Under the pieces are notes generated by a model that saw nothing but the letters and a program-made list of their open reading frames with translations, had not been told where the DNA came from and searched no databases. The translations under genes were made by a program, and so were the position numbers. This document shows positions 43,912 through 54,355 of a stretch of DNA of 64,000 nt, in pieces (position 1 is the first letter of the stretch; each line of letters starts with the position of its first letter). This DNA is from Bacteroidales bacterium (lineage in GTDB: Bacteria > Bacteroidota > Bacteroidia > Bacteroidales > UBA1715), in NCBI GenBank assembly GCA_045599365.1, contig JAZRVS010000045.1, forward strand, positions 37,375 to 101,374, given 5' to 3'.

Positions 43912-44616
43912 ATGGCAGATTTAAGTGGACAAAAAAATAGGAGTTATGAGTTGAAAAAGCTCAAGGCACAGTGTGTTGCTGAAGAAAATAAACGTTTTGT
44001 TACATCGCAAAAGTATCGAAAACAAGGTTCTGTTGATGCTGCTCCAGGAAATTCTGGGTTGAAGTCAACGAAAGGTGTTGTCTATTTCTTTATTGTAAGT
44101 GCTGATGACGAGCAGTCAAAATCGTTACAAGAGCAGTTCAAAAGCACAAAAAGTTATAAGAAAACGAAAGCATTTTCTACAATGGAATCCGCACGTGATT
44201 ACATCAAAAACTCACGTTTTGCGAAAAATTCTATAATTATTTTGATATGGGATGTTGCTACCGATGCGCAAAAAGCTCAACAAGAACATGCTGTTTTGGA
44301 AGAAATGAAAAAACTTGACCCATGTTTGGAGGTTATGGCTCTTGCACAAAATGTACAACAAATTCCATCGGGAGCAATAGATTATAGTATTGCAAAGACA
44401 AATGATTTGTTTAGCAAAATTATTCAAAATACTACGTGGTCTTTGCGAGAACAAGATCGTATTCGTAAACAAGTTGAATCTAAACAGTTCATTAAAGCTG
44501 CAATTTTGATTTTTGTTGGTTTCTTTGTCATTCTTTTTGCGATAGATTTTATTTCAGGTGTGATGTCTGAAAACTATCGAGGAATACTTGGAATTGTTCC
44601 TATACCACAACCATAA
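43912..44616 (+). CDS. hypothetical protein with receiver (CheY)-like domain and C-terminal TM helix
   Basis: By-eye alignment to CheY: FFIVSADDE (acidic pocket), IIILIWDVATD (phospho-acceptor Asp position) and GAIDYSIAK (conserved Lys). C-terminal hydrophobic stretch AAILIFVGFFVILFAIDFISGV. No output domain. Confidence 0.4.
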   Translation: MADLSGQKNRSYELKKLKAQCVAEENKRFVTSQKYRKQGSVDAAPGNSGLKSTKGVVYFFIVSADDEQSKSLQEQFKSTKSYKKTKAFSTMESARDYIKNSRFAKNSIIILIWDVATDAQKAQQEHAVLEEMKKLDPCLEVMALAQNVQQIPSGAIDYSIAKTNDLFSKIIQNTTWSLREQDRIRKQVESKQFIKAAILIFVGFFVILFAIDFISGVMSENYRGILGIVPIPQP

Positions 44617-44630
44617 TTTGTAGAGTAACG

Positions 44631-45281
44631 ATGAATAGTTGGGAAAAAATCATGGATATTCCCAATAAATATTTAAGACGAGGTGCGAATTTTCGTGTCT
44701 CGTCTTTTTTGTTGATAGCGATACTACTTTTTTTGAGTTGTATTGCTTCTGCTCAAAATTTTCAGGGAGGTTTTTTAGCTGGCATTACCACAAGTCAAGT
44801 TGATGGAGATGAACATAGTGGTTTTCACAAATGTGGAGGTTTTGGTGGAATTTTTGTAACGCGAAATACACAATCTACGTTACCAAATCATATTTTTGAA
44901 TTGACATTTTCTCAAAAAGGGGCTTCGTTACCAGAGTCAAATAGCATACCTAAATTTAGCATAACAATTGACTATATTGATGCAACATATCTCTGCGATG
45001 TTGTTCCAAATCATTACTTTGAGAAATTTCCTCAAGGTATTCATATTCAAATAGGAACGAGTGTTTCTACGAATTTATATGAAAAAGCCTTGGTTGATAA
45101 AGTAAAACAAAGTTCAAGAGATTTTAATCGTATAGATTGGGCGGCACAAATTGGAGTAAGTCAGCAAATAAATTTGTTTGATATTGAATTACGAGCATTA
45201 CATTCAGTTGTTCCCAATAAGGGAAGATATTACAATTTTGCTTTGATTCTATGTGTACGAGCAACTGTGTTTGGAAATTAG
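44631..45281 (+). CDS. outer-membrane beta-barrel protein (OMP_b-brl_2-like)
   Basis: Signal peptide ending ASAQ, then alternating beta-strand pattern GGFLAGITTSQVDGD...GGFGGIFVTRN. 216 aa. Confidence 0.5.
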   Translation: MNSWEKIMDIPNKYLRRGANFRVSSFLLIAILLFLSCIASAQNFQGGFLAGITTSQVDGDEHSGFHKCGGFGGIFVTRNTQSTLPNHIFELTFSQKGASLPESNSIPKFSITIDYIDATYLCDVVPNHYFEKFPQGIHIQIGTSVSTNLYEKALVDKVKQSSRDFNRIDWAAQIGVSQQINLFDIELRALHSVVPNKGRYYNFALILCVRATVFGN

Positions 45282-45994
45282 TGTTTCCAGCGTTTTATTG
45301 CTTCGTAATCGGGACGAATAGAGAGAATTTTGTCGTAAACTTGATTGGCTTTGTCATAGTTTTTCCCATCTTCGTATGTTTTGGCAAGAAACAATAATGT
45401 GTTGAGATAGTACCAATTACACGAGTCAGATAAACCATTTTGTTCCATTAAGTTGATGGCTTTTTTGAATGCAGAAACTGCGTCATTAAAGTCTCCGTCG
45501 ATGAATAGTGCGTAGCAATATTGTAAATTACCATATTCCGCCCAACTATATGGAGAATTACCAGCTTTAGAAATTGCAGTTTTTGCAGTTGAAAAGCACA
45601 TTGGTAGTCGGTATATTGCAGTTACGGGATTGTTTAGCGTTGCGTATGCCAAATATGGAGATTTGAATGCGAGAACAGTCTTCCCGTATTTGTCTGTTTT
45701 TGAGAGATCTTCAATATCTTTTTCTAAACCAGCAAGTTGAATATCTATTTGTTTTGAATTTTTGTCATTAAAAAGAAGGTGCGCGAGATATAAATGTCGA
45801 ACAATCATTCTTTTAAATTGCAAGTCAATGGAGTGGGTCTTATCAATTTCCGTTGACATTTCGTCAATGAATACATTCCATTCTTTCATATTTTGTTGAA
45901 TGTACGATTGAGTTAATCTGCAATCAATTGTTGCAATTTGCGCTTTGGAAAACAAGCAACAAAATAGTAAAGATATTGTTACGATTTTTTTCAT
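45278..45994 (-). CDS. secreted TPR-like repeat protein
   Basis: Signal peptide MKKIVTISLLFCCLFSKAQ. The C-terminal helical repeats have a TPR-like pattern (AVSAFKKAINL..., YEDGKNYDKANQVYDKILSIRPDY). Confidence 0.45.
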   Translation of the reverse strand: MKKIVTISLLFCCLFSKAQIATIDCRLTQSYIQQNMKEWNVFIDEMSTEIDKTHSIDLQFKRMIVRHLYLAHLLFNDKNSKQIDIQLAGLEKDIEDLSKTDKYGKTVLAFKSPYLAYATLNNPVTAIYRLPMCFSTAKTAISKAGNSPYSWAEYGNLQYCYALFIDGDFNDAVSAFKKAINLMEQNGLSDSCNWYYLNTLLFLAKTYEDGKNYDKANQVYDKILSIRPDYEAIKRWKH

Positions 45995-46032
45995 TTGCGT
46001 AGAGACGCGATGTATCGCATCTTTGAAAATTG

Positions 46033-47130
46033 TTACAAATAATCTTCTTTGAAATTAGCAGAATTTTGATCGTTTTTTGTTGGTAAAGAACGGAAATTTT
46101 TGTTTTGCTTTTGACGTTTTTGCCAACGATCGCGAGCAAACTGTTGTAAGTCGCTTACTTCGTCATTTTCATCAATAATTTCAAGACCAAGAATAGTTTC
46201 AATAATATCTTCTAATGTCAAAATCCCTTGGAAACAACCATATTCGTCAATCATTACTGCGATTTGAGCTTTGTTTTTTAGCAAATCTTCCCACACAGAA
46301 CTAATTGATTGTTCTTCGTTAAAGAATAATATTTCACGTTTCAATTGCGACAAAGTTGTATTAAAATTGTCATCAGCAAGTTCTTCCAATGCATCGCTTC
46401 GTAGTACGTAACCAGTGATAAATTCTTTTGATTCTGAATAGATTGGAATTCTTGAAAAATGAAGATAATCATCGTTGTCATAAAATTCGCGTAGAGTCAT
46501 TGATTCTGGTGCGATAGCGGCAACTACTCGAGGTGTCATTACATCGCAAGCTTTAATATTGTCAAGCTTAATAATGTTTTGAATAATTTTATTTTCGTTT
46601 TCTTCAAAAATACCCTCTTCCTCGCCTACATTAGCCATTGCTGAAACTTCTTCACGACTTATAGTGGCTTCTATTTCTTTAGGAGTAATCCATTTGGTGA
46701 TAATTTTTATGAGAATTACAAATGGATGCATAACAATTATGAGTGCACTAATAATACGTGCTGCGATACCCATCAATTGTTTCCAATATGTTGTTCCGAT
46801 TGTTTTTGGAATTATTTCAGAAAAAATTAAGATTAAAATAGTAAGGATTGCAGAAGCAAGACCTAAATAGTTTGATCCAAAAAATTCTGCTGCTTGAGCG
46901 CCTACTAATGCGGCCCCAGCGGTATTAGCAATGGTATTAAGAGATAGAATCGCGGCAAGAGGTCTATCGGTTTCTTGTTTGAACTTTTTGAATGTTTTTG
47001 CGCTCTTACTCCCTTCTTCTTCACGCATAGAGATATAAGAAATCGGAGTTGACATCAACACGGCTTCTAAAATTGAGCATAAAAAAGATGTGACGAGAGT
47101 GAATAAAAGATATGTTAAAAGTAATCCCAT
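46033..47130 (-). CDS. CNNM/DUF21 transmembrane domain plus CBS-pair protein (hemolysin family)
   Basis: N-terminal 4-TM DUF21 pattern (SEIIPKT), then a CBS pair (ACDVMTPR..., AVMIDEYGCFQGILTLEDI). No CorC_HlyC tail. Confidence 0.8.
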   Translation of the reverse strand: MGLLLTYLLFTLVTSFLCSILEAVLMSTPISYISMREEEGSKSAKTFKKFKQETDRPLAAILSLNTIANTAGAALVGAQAAEFFGSNYLGLASAILTILILIFSEIIPKTIGTTYWKQLMGIAARIISALIIVMHPFVILIKIITKWITPKEIEATISREEVSAMANVGEEEGIFEENENKIIQNIIKLDNIKACDVMTPRVVAAIAPESMTLREFYDNDDYLHFSRIPIYSESKEFITGYVLRSDALEELADDNFNTTLSQLKREILFFNEEQSISSVWEDLLKNKAQIAVMIDEYGCFQGILTLEDIIETILGLEIIDENDEVSDLQQFARDRWQKRQKQNKNFRSLPTKNDQNSANFKEDYL

Positions 47131-47132
47131 TC

Positions 47133-48191
47133 TTATTTAACAACTCCTTCTTTTATTAAGTATTCTCCAATTTGGACAGCATTTAACGCAGCACCTTTCT
47201 TAATTTGATCACCAGATAACCAGAATGTTAAACCATTGTCATTAGCTAAATCCTTACGAACACGACCAACATATACGTTGTCTTTGCCACCAGTGTAAAG
47301 AGGCATTGGATATGGCAATTTTTCCAAAGTTTCTTTTGTTGGATCTGGATTTGCTTTCGTCCCAACGGCTTTTGGATTGTCGATAAGGGTTACTCCTTCA
47401 GCATTTGCGAGTGCTTTTTGTGCATCTTCAACACTGATAGGTTTTTCAGTTTCAATCCAAACAGCCTCGGAGTGAGCTCGCAATGATGAAATACGTACGC
47501 ACATAGCAGAACAACGTGCATCAGTATGCATAATTTTACGAGTCTCGTTGAACATTTTCATCTCTTCTTTTGTGTAGCCATTGTCTGTGAAAACGTCAAT
47601 TTGAGGAATTACATTGTATGCCAATTGGTATGCGAATTTGTTTACTGTTGGCTGTTGGTCATTAGCCAACTCTTTGTATTGTTGTTGTAATTCTGCCATT
47701 GCAACTGCACCAGCACCCGAAGCACTTTGATATGAAGCAATGTGAATTGTTTTTATATGAGATAATTCTTCAAGTGGTTGCAAACAAACAACCATCATAA
47801 TTGTTGTGCAGTTCGGGTTTGCAATAATTCCCTTAGGACGAACCAAAGCGTCTTTTGCATTACACTCTGGAACAACAAGTGGAACTTGGTCATCCATACG
47901 GAATGCACTTGAATTATCTATCATTATTGCTCCGTATTTTGTGATGTCTTCTGCATATTCTTTAGAAACGCCAGCACCAGCCGAGGTGAATGCAATGTCA
48001 ATACCTTTAAAGTCATCGCCATGTTTCAACAACTGAACTGTATATTCTTTACCTTTAAATGTGTATTTTTTACCTGCACTACGTTCTGAACCAAACAATA
48101 CCAACTCGTCCATTGGGAAATTTCTTTCGTCTAATACTTTAAGAAATTCTTGTCCAACAGCACCACTTGCGCCAACAATTGCAACTTTCAT
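47133..48191 (-). CDS. asd: aspartate-semialdehyde dehydrogenase
   Basis: [20 protein letters not shown] (active-site Cys) and SYQSASGAG. Confidence 0.93.
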   Translation of the reverse strand: MKVAIVGASGAVGQEFLKVLDERNFPMDELVLFGSERSAGKKYTFKGKEYTVQLLKHGDDFKGIDIAFTSAGAGVSKEYAEDITKYGAIMIDNSSAFRMDDQVPLVVPECNAKDALVRPKGIIANPNCTTIMMVVCLQPLEELSHIKTIHIASYQSASGAGAVAMAELQQQYKELANDQQPTVNKFAYQLAYNVIPQIDVFTDNGYTKEEMKMFNETRKIMHTDARCSAMCVRISSLRAHSEAVWIETEKPISVEDAQKALANAEGVTLIDNPKAVGTKANPDPTKETLEKLPYPMPLYTGGKDNVYVGRVRKDLANDNGLTFWLSGDQIKKGAALNAVQIGEYLIKEGVVK

Positions 48192-48202
48192 AGAATTTTT
48201 AT

Positions 48203-48210
48203 TATATTTG
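48203..48210 (+). promoter_or_regulatory. -7 promoter box TATATTTG for the LTD-protein gene
   Basis: TAnnTTTG match 34 nt upstream of ATG 48244. Confidence 0.45.
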
Positions 48211-48228
48211 TCCGTTAATTTAATGCCA

Positions 48229-48236
48229 CAAAGATA
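48229..48236 (-). promoter_or_regulatory. -7 promoter box (TATCTTTG on minus strand) for asd
   Basis: Plus-strand CAAAGATA, 38 nt upstream of the asd ATG (48191). Confidence 0.4.
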
Positions 48237-48243
48237 AACAATT

Positions 48244-50565
48244 ATGAAGAAGATTATTAGTCTCTTGTATTTTTTCTCTATTACAGCGTGTATTTATTCG
48301 CAAGATTTAGAACAATTTAGTTCACTTGATGCTGGGGCATCGTACTCGTCGGGAAGTTTTGTTGGCGAGAATAATATTTCGTGGGAATATGTAAATTCTC
48401 GTGGAAATCAACAGGTTACACAAAATAAAGATAAGGCGATTAGTTTTAATAAGTCTGCCGATGCGTGCCTATTTTCAGATACAATTACGTACGGAATAAA
48501 AAAACTTTCTTTTTTGTATGAACAAACTCTTACAACAAATTGTGAGGCAAATGTTTATGTGAACGATTCCCTTATTGGGACAATTTCAACAGAAAATGAA
48601 AAAGGAATAACGAAACTTTTCGTGACAAATCTATATGTGAAAGGAAATTTTGTTGTTAAAATACAACAAGCAAGCGACAAATCGGGACAAATAACAATAG
48701 ACGATTTGTGTATGCAATTTATTCATACACCATTCATTATTAAGAAAATATCTATTAATGAGAAAAGATTTGTTGCAACATTTTCACATTCGTTAGTGTC
48801 AGGAAAAATTGAATCAAATTGTGTCGTAAATCAACATATTGAAAATAATATGATTGTTGCGGATTTGGAAACATCATGTGGAAATTGTGATTTTTATGTC
48901 AAATCTGTTGTTGATACTGCACAAGAACAATTAAGAGATACAATAATTTCGTACTTTTTTTATGGTAAACCATCTATAAATGATGTTGTGATAACTGAAA
49001 TTATGGCAAAACCATCTCCAATTGTCGGACTTCCAGATTTTGAATATGTTGAGATATTAAATCGCACAAATTGTAGTGTACAATGTTCTGATTTACAGAT
49101 GATTGTTGGAAAAGAGAGAATCCAATTGCCTTTTAAAGAGTTAAAGCCGAGAGAACATTATTGTATAATTTCAGAAAAAGCTATGACTGACGATACGTCT
49201 AACTTCTTGTTTGTGAAAAATTTTCCTTCAATTACAAATGCCGGAGAAACAGTTGCGTTGTTGTTCAACGAAATGGTGATTTCATCGGTTTCGTTTTCTG
49301 ATGCATGGTATGATGATTCTTTTAAATCTTCGGGCGGATGGAGTTTAGAAAAAAAGGATGTAAATAATTTTTCGGAAACAAAAGTAAATTGGGGTGCTGT
49401 TGCAAATCGTGTTGGTGGAACTCCAGGAAAAATGAATTCGATTTCTACAACGATAGTTGATACAATTGCTCCAAAAATTGAAAATCTCCAAGTGGTAACC
49501 GATTCAATACTTGAAATTACATTTTCCGAAAATGTTGTTTTATCCAATGAAATTACGATTAAACCGCATAAAGAAATTTTGTCAGTTAATCCGACTGACT
49601 TTTCCCTTTCAAAATACTATGTTCTTGTGGCTGATTCATTTATAGAACAATGTGAATATACGTTGGTTATTCCCAATGAAATGTCTGATTTTGCAGGAAA
49701 TCAGTTTGAAAATAATGAATATATGTTCGCAAAGACAGATTCTGTTTTAGAACGAAAATCTATAGTAATTAACGAGTTTTTATTTAATCCAAGTTCGGGG
49801 AAATCGGATTTTGTAGAGCTATACAATAATTCAGACTCGTATTATGATTTGTCGCAATTGTATCTTTCAAATGGCGAAACATTTGAACAAATATCTTCTC
49901 GTTTTAGGTTATTTCCACCGCGAACTTACGTTGTGGTTTCTCCAGATATTGATTTTTACAAAGAAAAAAGTGAGTGTCAAACGAGTCTTTTTATTCAATC
50001 AACACTACCAACATTGCCTGATGACCAAGGAACAATCATATTATACAATCGTTGGGAAGAAGTAATAGATTCGGTTTCGTACAATGAAAACTGGCATTTA
50101 TCATATTTGGCAGATAATGAAGACGTATCACTTGAAAGATTGTTGTTCAATTCGGTGTCAGAATATCAATCATCATGGAATTCTGCATCGGCTACATCAG
50201 GAAATTCAACTCCAGGATGTAAAAATTCGCAAGCCAGAACACTTGCGGTAAAAGAAAATTTTTCGCTTGAATCGGATGTCATTACACCGAATGGTGATGG
50301 TGAAAATGATGAATGTGTATTTGTTTGTGGAAATGCAGATTTGGGGACATTGTGTACTATTCGTATTTTTTCAACATCGGGACGAATGATAAAACAAGTT
50401 TGTAGCAATTTTTTGCTTGGTGAGAACAATTTTATCCGTTGGGATTGTACAAATTTAAATGGAAATCTTGTATCGCAAGGGATTTATATTGCTCATATAG
50501 AACTGTTTAGAGGCGGAAAGAAAGTATGCGGAGAAAAGATTTGTTGTACAATTGAGAGAGAATAA
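48244..50565 (+). CDS. lamin-tail-domain (LTD) protein with FlgD-Ig/T9SS-like C-terminal domain
   Basis: Signal peptide. Two LTD signatures ([12 protein letters not shown]...[11 protein letters not shown]; [25 protein letters not shown]). C-terminal [11 protein letters not shown]...[12 protein letters not shown]...GIYIAHIE. Confidence 0.65.
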   Translation: MKKIISLLYFFSITACIYSQDLEQFSSLDAGASYSSGSFVGENNISWEYVNSRGNQQVTQNKDKAISFNKSADACLFSDTITYGIKKLSFLYEQTLTTNCEANVYVNDSLIGTISTENEKGITKLFVTNLYVKGNFVVKIQQASDKSGQITIDDLCMQFIHTPFIIKKISINEKRFVATFSHSLVSGKIESNCVVNQHIENNMIVADLETSCGNCDFYVKSVVDTAQEQLRDTIISYFFYGKPSINDVVITEIMAKPSPIVGLPDFEYVEILNRTNCSVQCSDLQMIVGKERIQLPFKELKPREHYCIISEKAMTDDTSNFLFVKNFPSITNAGETVALLFNEMVISSVSFSDAWYDDSFKSSGGWSLEKKDVNNFSETKVNWGAVANRVGGTPGKMNSISTTIVDTIAPKIENLQVVTDSILEITFSENVVLSNEITIKPHKEILSVNPTDFSLSKYYVLVADSFIEQCEYTLVIPNEMSDFAGNQFENNEYMFAKTDSVLERKSIVINEFLFNPSSGKSDFVELYNNSDSYYDLSQLYLSNGETFEQISSRFRLFPPRTYVVVSPDIDFYKEKSECQTSLFIQSTLPTLPDDQGTIILYNRWEEVIDSVSYNENWHLSYLADNEDVSLERLLFNSVSEYQSSWNSASATSGNSTPGCKNSQARTLAVKENFSLESDVITPNGDGENDECVFVCGNADLGTLCTIRIFSTSGRMIKQVCSNFLLGENNFIRWDCTNLNGNLVSQGIYIAHIELFRGGKKVCGEKICCTIERE

Positions 50566-50607
50566 AAGATACTGAGAGTCATTCTTCCGTAGTAAGAATA
50601 AAATTCT

Positions 50608-50615
50608 TAATTTTG
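50608..50615 (+). promoter_or_regulatory. -7 promoter box TAATTTTG for the DUF1599 gene
   Basis: TAnnTTTG match 16 nt upstream of ATG 50631. It overlaps the track start at 50613, which I therefore reject. Confidence 0.45.
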
Positions 50616-50630
50616 CAAAAAATCAATATT

Positions 50631-51176
50631 ATGGCAAATACAAACGAAGAATTTGACGAAGTAAAAAAGATTTGTCTTGATATTTTTGAAAAAAAATATG
50701 ACGATTATGGTACAGCGTGGAGAATTATGCGACCAGAATCTCTTACAGATCAGATTTTTATAAAGGCGAGTCGTATTCGTAGCATTGAAGAAACTGGAGT
50801 TTCGTTGGTCGGTGATGGCATAGTTCCTGAATTTATTGCCATTGTGAATTATGGTATTATGGCACTGATACAATTAGAATTAAGGGATTCAGATGCGCCT
50901 ATTGATTTGCCTAAAGAAATGGCATTGTCTCTTTACAATAAGTATTATGATGCAACAAAATCGTTGATGACGAATAAAAATCATGATTATGGAGAGGCTT
51001 GGCGTTCTATGCGTGTAAGTTCTTTTACAGATGTGATTTTACAAAAATTGCATCGAACAAAACAAATAGAGGATAATAAAGGCGTTACACAAATTTCAGA
51101 AGGAGTAGATGCGAATTATCAAGATATGATAAATTATTCAATTTTTGCGCTTATTAAACTTGTAATAGAAAAATAA
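50631..51176 (+). CDS. DUF1599-family protein (internal duplication)
   Basis: Two copies of the motif (D/H)DYG.AWR.MR..S.TD.I..K..R: DDYGTAWRIMRPESLTDQIFIKASRIR and HDYGEAWRSMRVSSFTDVILQKLHRTK. Confidence 0.65.
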   Translation: MANTNEEFDEVKKICLDIFEKKYDDYGTAWRIMRPESLTDQIFIKASRIRSIEETGVSLVGDGIVPEFIAIVNYGIMALIQLELRDSDAPIDLPKEMALSLYNKYYDATKSLMTNKNHDYGEAWRSMRVSSFTDVILQKLHRTKQIEDNKGVTQISEGVDANYQDMINYSIFALIKLVIEK

Positions 51177-52528
51177 TGAACTCAGTAAAACAGCGAATTT
51201 GCTTTGCAATTGGTTTGGTGGCAATGTTTGGTGCATTGGCTTTGTTTGCAAATTTTGGAGCATTTGAAGATGCATCGTGGACAAAATTATGGATACTTGT
51301 TGCGATTATTTTTAGTGCATCTGTCGGACTTGCTCTTACGTTTAATCCAAGTCAGATTTGGTTGAATGTTTGTCGGTATTTCTCGGGTATTTTGTTCGTT
51401 TTTTCGGGATTTGTAAAAGCTGATGATCCGCTCGGTTCAAAGTACAAATTCATTGATTATTTTGAAGCGTGGGGGATAGATGACATTTTTGCACCGACTG
51501 CTCTTACATTTGGTATCATATTGAGTACGATAGAGTTACTTGTAGGTTTGGCTCTATTGTTTAAGATATTTCCAAAATGGTCATCGCTTGGAGCATTGAT
51601 TTTTATGATTTTCTTTACTCCAATAACCCTTTATCTTGCTATGCAACAAAATATTACAGGCAAGGAGTTAGTTCACGATTGTGGCTGTTTTGGCGATGCG
51701 TTAGTACTTACAAATTGGCAAACATTTGTGAAAAATCTTATCATTTTGATACCAGTTGTTTTGACGTTTATTTTCCACAAACGATTCACTGATTTAATTT
51801 CAAACAAAAAGTCATTTGTGGTTTTGGGCGTTTGCACAGTTGCAATTGTTGGTTTGTCTGTTTTTGCATTACGCCATTTGCCTCCGATAGATTTCCGTCC
51901 ATATAAAGTTGGCGTTCAGTTGATTGGAGAAAAATGTAGTGATATAGAAATTGCAAGCAATGTTAAAACGTATCAATATGCTGATTTTGTCAACAATCAA
52001 ACGGGAGAACATAAGGAGTTTGACATAGTGAACAATTATCCAGATTATACAATTTGGGAATATAATCCAGATGTTCCTCTTAGAATTGTTGAGGAAAAAT
52101 TAGACGTTCCACAAAATGATTCTATCAATATGGAGAATGCGTATATTGTTGAAAGTATGATGTTTATGAATGGTGCAGAAGATGCAACGTGTGATGTTAT
52201 TTTGGATAGTTCGTATGTTTTTATGGCAATTCACTATGATATAAATGAATCAAATCCGAAACATCAAAAAGAAATTAATGATGTGTATGAGTGGGCGTCA
52301 TCAAAAGGATATGCTTTTTATGGAGCGACATCAAGTCTTGATGTTGTAATACAAAAATATAGCGAGGAAACGGGCGCTAAATATCATTTTCTTTCTGCTG
52401 ATGACATTTTGTTGAAGACAATAGTTCGTTCAAATCCAGGTTTGATTCTTTTGAAAGACGGAAAAGTTATCAATAAATGGCATCATAATGACGTGCCAAC
52501 AACAGAGAAGTTAGAAACGATTTTGTAG
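51176..52528 (+). CDS. membrane protein, DoxX/MauE-like N-terminal domain plus soluble C-terminal domain
   Basis: About 6 TM helices with a CGCFG motif (HDCGCFGDA), then a ~230-aa soluble region. The start shares one base with the DUF1599 stop (TAATG). Confidence 0.5.
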   Translation: MNSVKQRICFAIGLVAMFGALALFANFGAFEDASWTKLWILVAIIFSASVGLALTFNPSQIWLNVCRYFSGILFVFSGFVKADDPLGSKYKFIDYFEAWGIDDIFAPTALTFGIILSTIELLVGLALLFKIFPKWSSLGALIFMIFFTPITLYLAMQQNITGKELVHDCGCFGDALVLTNWQTFVKNLIILIPVVLTFIFHKRFTDLISNKKSFVVLGVCTVAIVGLSVFALRHLPPIDFRPYKVGVQLIGEKCSDIEIASNVKTYQYADFVNNQTGEHKEFDIVNNYPDYTIWEYNPDVPLRIVEEKLDVPQNDSINMENAYIVESMMFMNGAEDATCDVILDSSYVFMAIHYDINESNPKHQKEINDVYEWASSKGYAFYGATSSLDVVIQKYSEETGAKYHFLSADDILLKTIVRSNPGLILLKDGKVINKWHHNDVPTTEKLETIL

Positions 52529-52563
52529 TAATATCATCCTTATATATAGGGATGTTAGTATGT

Positions 52564-52591
52564 TTCTTCCTATTGGACACAATAGGAAGAA
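52564..52591. terminator. bidirectional hairpin between convergent genes
   Basis: Perfect 12-bp stem TTCTTCCTATTG / CAATAGGAAGAA with loop GACA. Confidence 0.65.
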
Positions 52592-52618
52592 GTTATTTAA
52601 CGTATTGGGGAAATAGCG

Positions 52619-53461
52619 CTAATTTCTAATACTTTCAATCAAGCCTGGTAAAGCGAGTTCAAATTTTACACCATACCAGTGAGACTTGTCTGTTATTGTT
52701 TTTGAAATTGCGTCAACAGTGAAATCAACAGCAATTTTACCAGCTTCTTCAACTGACTTTCCAAGAATCATTGCTCCTGCAAAACTGCTTGCAAACACGT
52801 CTCCTGTACCATGAAACATTCCATCATATTTTTCACGGAAATAATAATTGATGTTTCCTGTAGCACCATTGATAGTTGCAATACCTAATTCATTACTATT
52901 GAAGTTGACACCAGTAAGAAGAGCGTTTTTACAACCAAGAGAAAGCAATTTCTTCAATATTCGAGCAATGTATTCTTCTGTGTGATTAGATTCAATATAC
53001 TCTTCATCAAGCATAAAAGATGCTTCTGTAAGATTTGGTACAATAACATCAGCTTTTTTACACATTTTTGCCATTTCTTTAGCAAAACTTGGTTCAAAAC
53101 CAGGATATAATTTCCCCTTGTCGCCCATAACAGGGTCAATAATTACCAAACTATTGGGTTTACGAAGTTCGTCAATAATATCTGAGATGTATTCCAACTG
53201 TTTTACGCTGCCAACATAGCCTGTGTAGAAAGCGTCGAAAAGAATGTTTTCTTTTTTCCAATGGTTCTTAATTGCAGGTAAATCTTCGGTTAAATCGTGA
53301 AAGGTATAACCAGAGAAACCGCCTGTATGTGTTGATAAAATTGCAGATGGAAGAATTGCTGTTTCAATTCCCATTGCAGAAATAACTGGTAATGCAACTG
53401 TTAGAGAGCATTGCCCAACGCAAGAAATATCTTGTATTGTAAGAATTTTTTTTGTTTCCAT
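52619..53461 (-). CDS. pdxK: pyridoxal/pyridoxamine kinase (ribokinase superfamily)
   Basis: ILTIQDISCVGQCSLTVALPV, DAFYTGYVGS, VIIDPVMGD and GTGDVFAS. Confidence 0.75.
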   Translation of the reverse strand: METKKILTIQDISCVGQCSLTVALPVISAMGIETAILPSAILSTHTGGFSGYTFHDLTEDLPAIKNHWKKENILFDAFYTGYVGSVKQLEYISDIIDELRKPNSLVIIDPVMGDKGKLYPGFEPSFAKEMAKMCKKADVIVPNLTEASFMLDEEYIESNHTEEYIARILKKLLSLGCKNALLTGVNFNSNELGIATINGATGNINYYFREKYDGMFHGTGDVFASSFAGAMILGKSVEEAGKIAVDFTVDAISKTITDKSHWYGVKFELALPGLIESIRN

Positions 53462-53462
53462 T

Positions 53463-54353
53463 TTATGTTAATATTTCGTACCCTGTTTCAGTTACAACAA
53501 GGGTGTGTTCCCATTGAGCTGAAAGTTTTTTGTCGGCGGTAATGACTGTCCAGCCGTCTTTCAAAAATTTACATTTCCACGTACCTTCGTTTACCATAGG
53601 TTCAATTGTAAAAACCATACCTGGCATCATTAGTACGCCACGTTGGCGAGTTTGTGCGTAGTGAACAACTTCTGGTTCATCGTGGAATTTATTTCCGATT
53701 CCGTGACCACATAAATCGCGAACGATACTAAAACCATTTTTGTTTGCGTAAGGTTCTATTGCATCTCCAATATCATTTAAACGGCCATACGGTTTTACCT
53801 GTTTTAACCCAATTTCTAAACATTCTTTTGCAACATCAACAAGTTTTTGAGCGTTTGGAGCAACATCTCCAATGCAATACATTCGGCTACTGTCGCCGTA
53901 GTAGCCATCGAGAATTGTTGTGCAGTCAATGTTTACGATATCACCGTTTTTAATGATGGTATTTGCGTTTGGAATGCCATGGCAAACGACTTCATTTATA
54001 GAAATGCAACAGCTTTTAGGAAAACCTTCATAATTCAAACAAGCAGGAATTCCGCCATTGTCATACGTAAATTCGCGAACTAAATTGTCTAAATGTTCGG
54101 TTGTAATGCCATCTTTGATTTCGTTTTGAATCATATCTAATACAGCGTGATTCAATGCCCCTGCTTTACGAATCTTTTCAATGCTTTCGGCAGAATACAA
54201 GATGCTACGAGGCAAAATTTTAAAACCTTCACGTCGGTATTTGTCTAACTCACAATCTTGTAGCCAGTGGCATTTTTTATATTTTTTACCACTTCCACAC
54301 CAACATGGATCATTTGGTTCAATCTTATTCATTTTATTAAAAATTGATAACAT
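53463..54353 (-). CDS. map: type I methionine aminopeptidase with N-terminal SEC-C zinc motif
   Basis: PCWCGSGKKYKKCH (SEC-C). Metal ligands in VCHGIP, DIVNIDCT, DSSRMY, GHGIG and EPMV...EHT. Confidence 0.92.
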   Translation of the reverse strand: MLSIFNKMNKIEPNDPCWCGSGKKYKKCHWLQDCELDKYRREGFKILPRSILYSAESIEKIRKAGALNHAVLDMIQNEIKDGITTEHLDNLVREFTYDNGGIPACLNYEGFPKSCCISINEVVCHGIPNANTIIKNGDIVNIDCTTILDGYYGDSSRMYCIGDVAPNAQKLVDVAKECLEIGLKQVKPYGRLNDIGDAIEPYANKNGFSIVRDLCGHGIGNKFHDEPEVVHYAQTRQRGVLMMPGMVFTIEPMVNEGTWKCKFLKDGWTVITADKKLSAQWEHTLVVTETGYEILT

Positions 54354-54355
54354 CT

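Noticed and set aside
44631-45281. The small beta-barrel protein as the missing PorP/SprF partner of the type-B CTD cargo.
   Set aside because: At 216 aa it is far shorter than PorP/SprF proteins (~300-340 aa). It lacks the pattern I recall for them, lies 4 kb away beyond feoAB, and is on the opposite strand from the giant gene.
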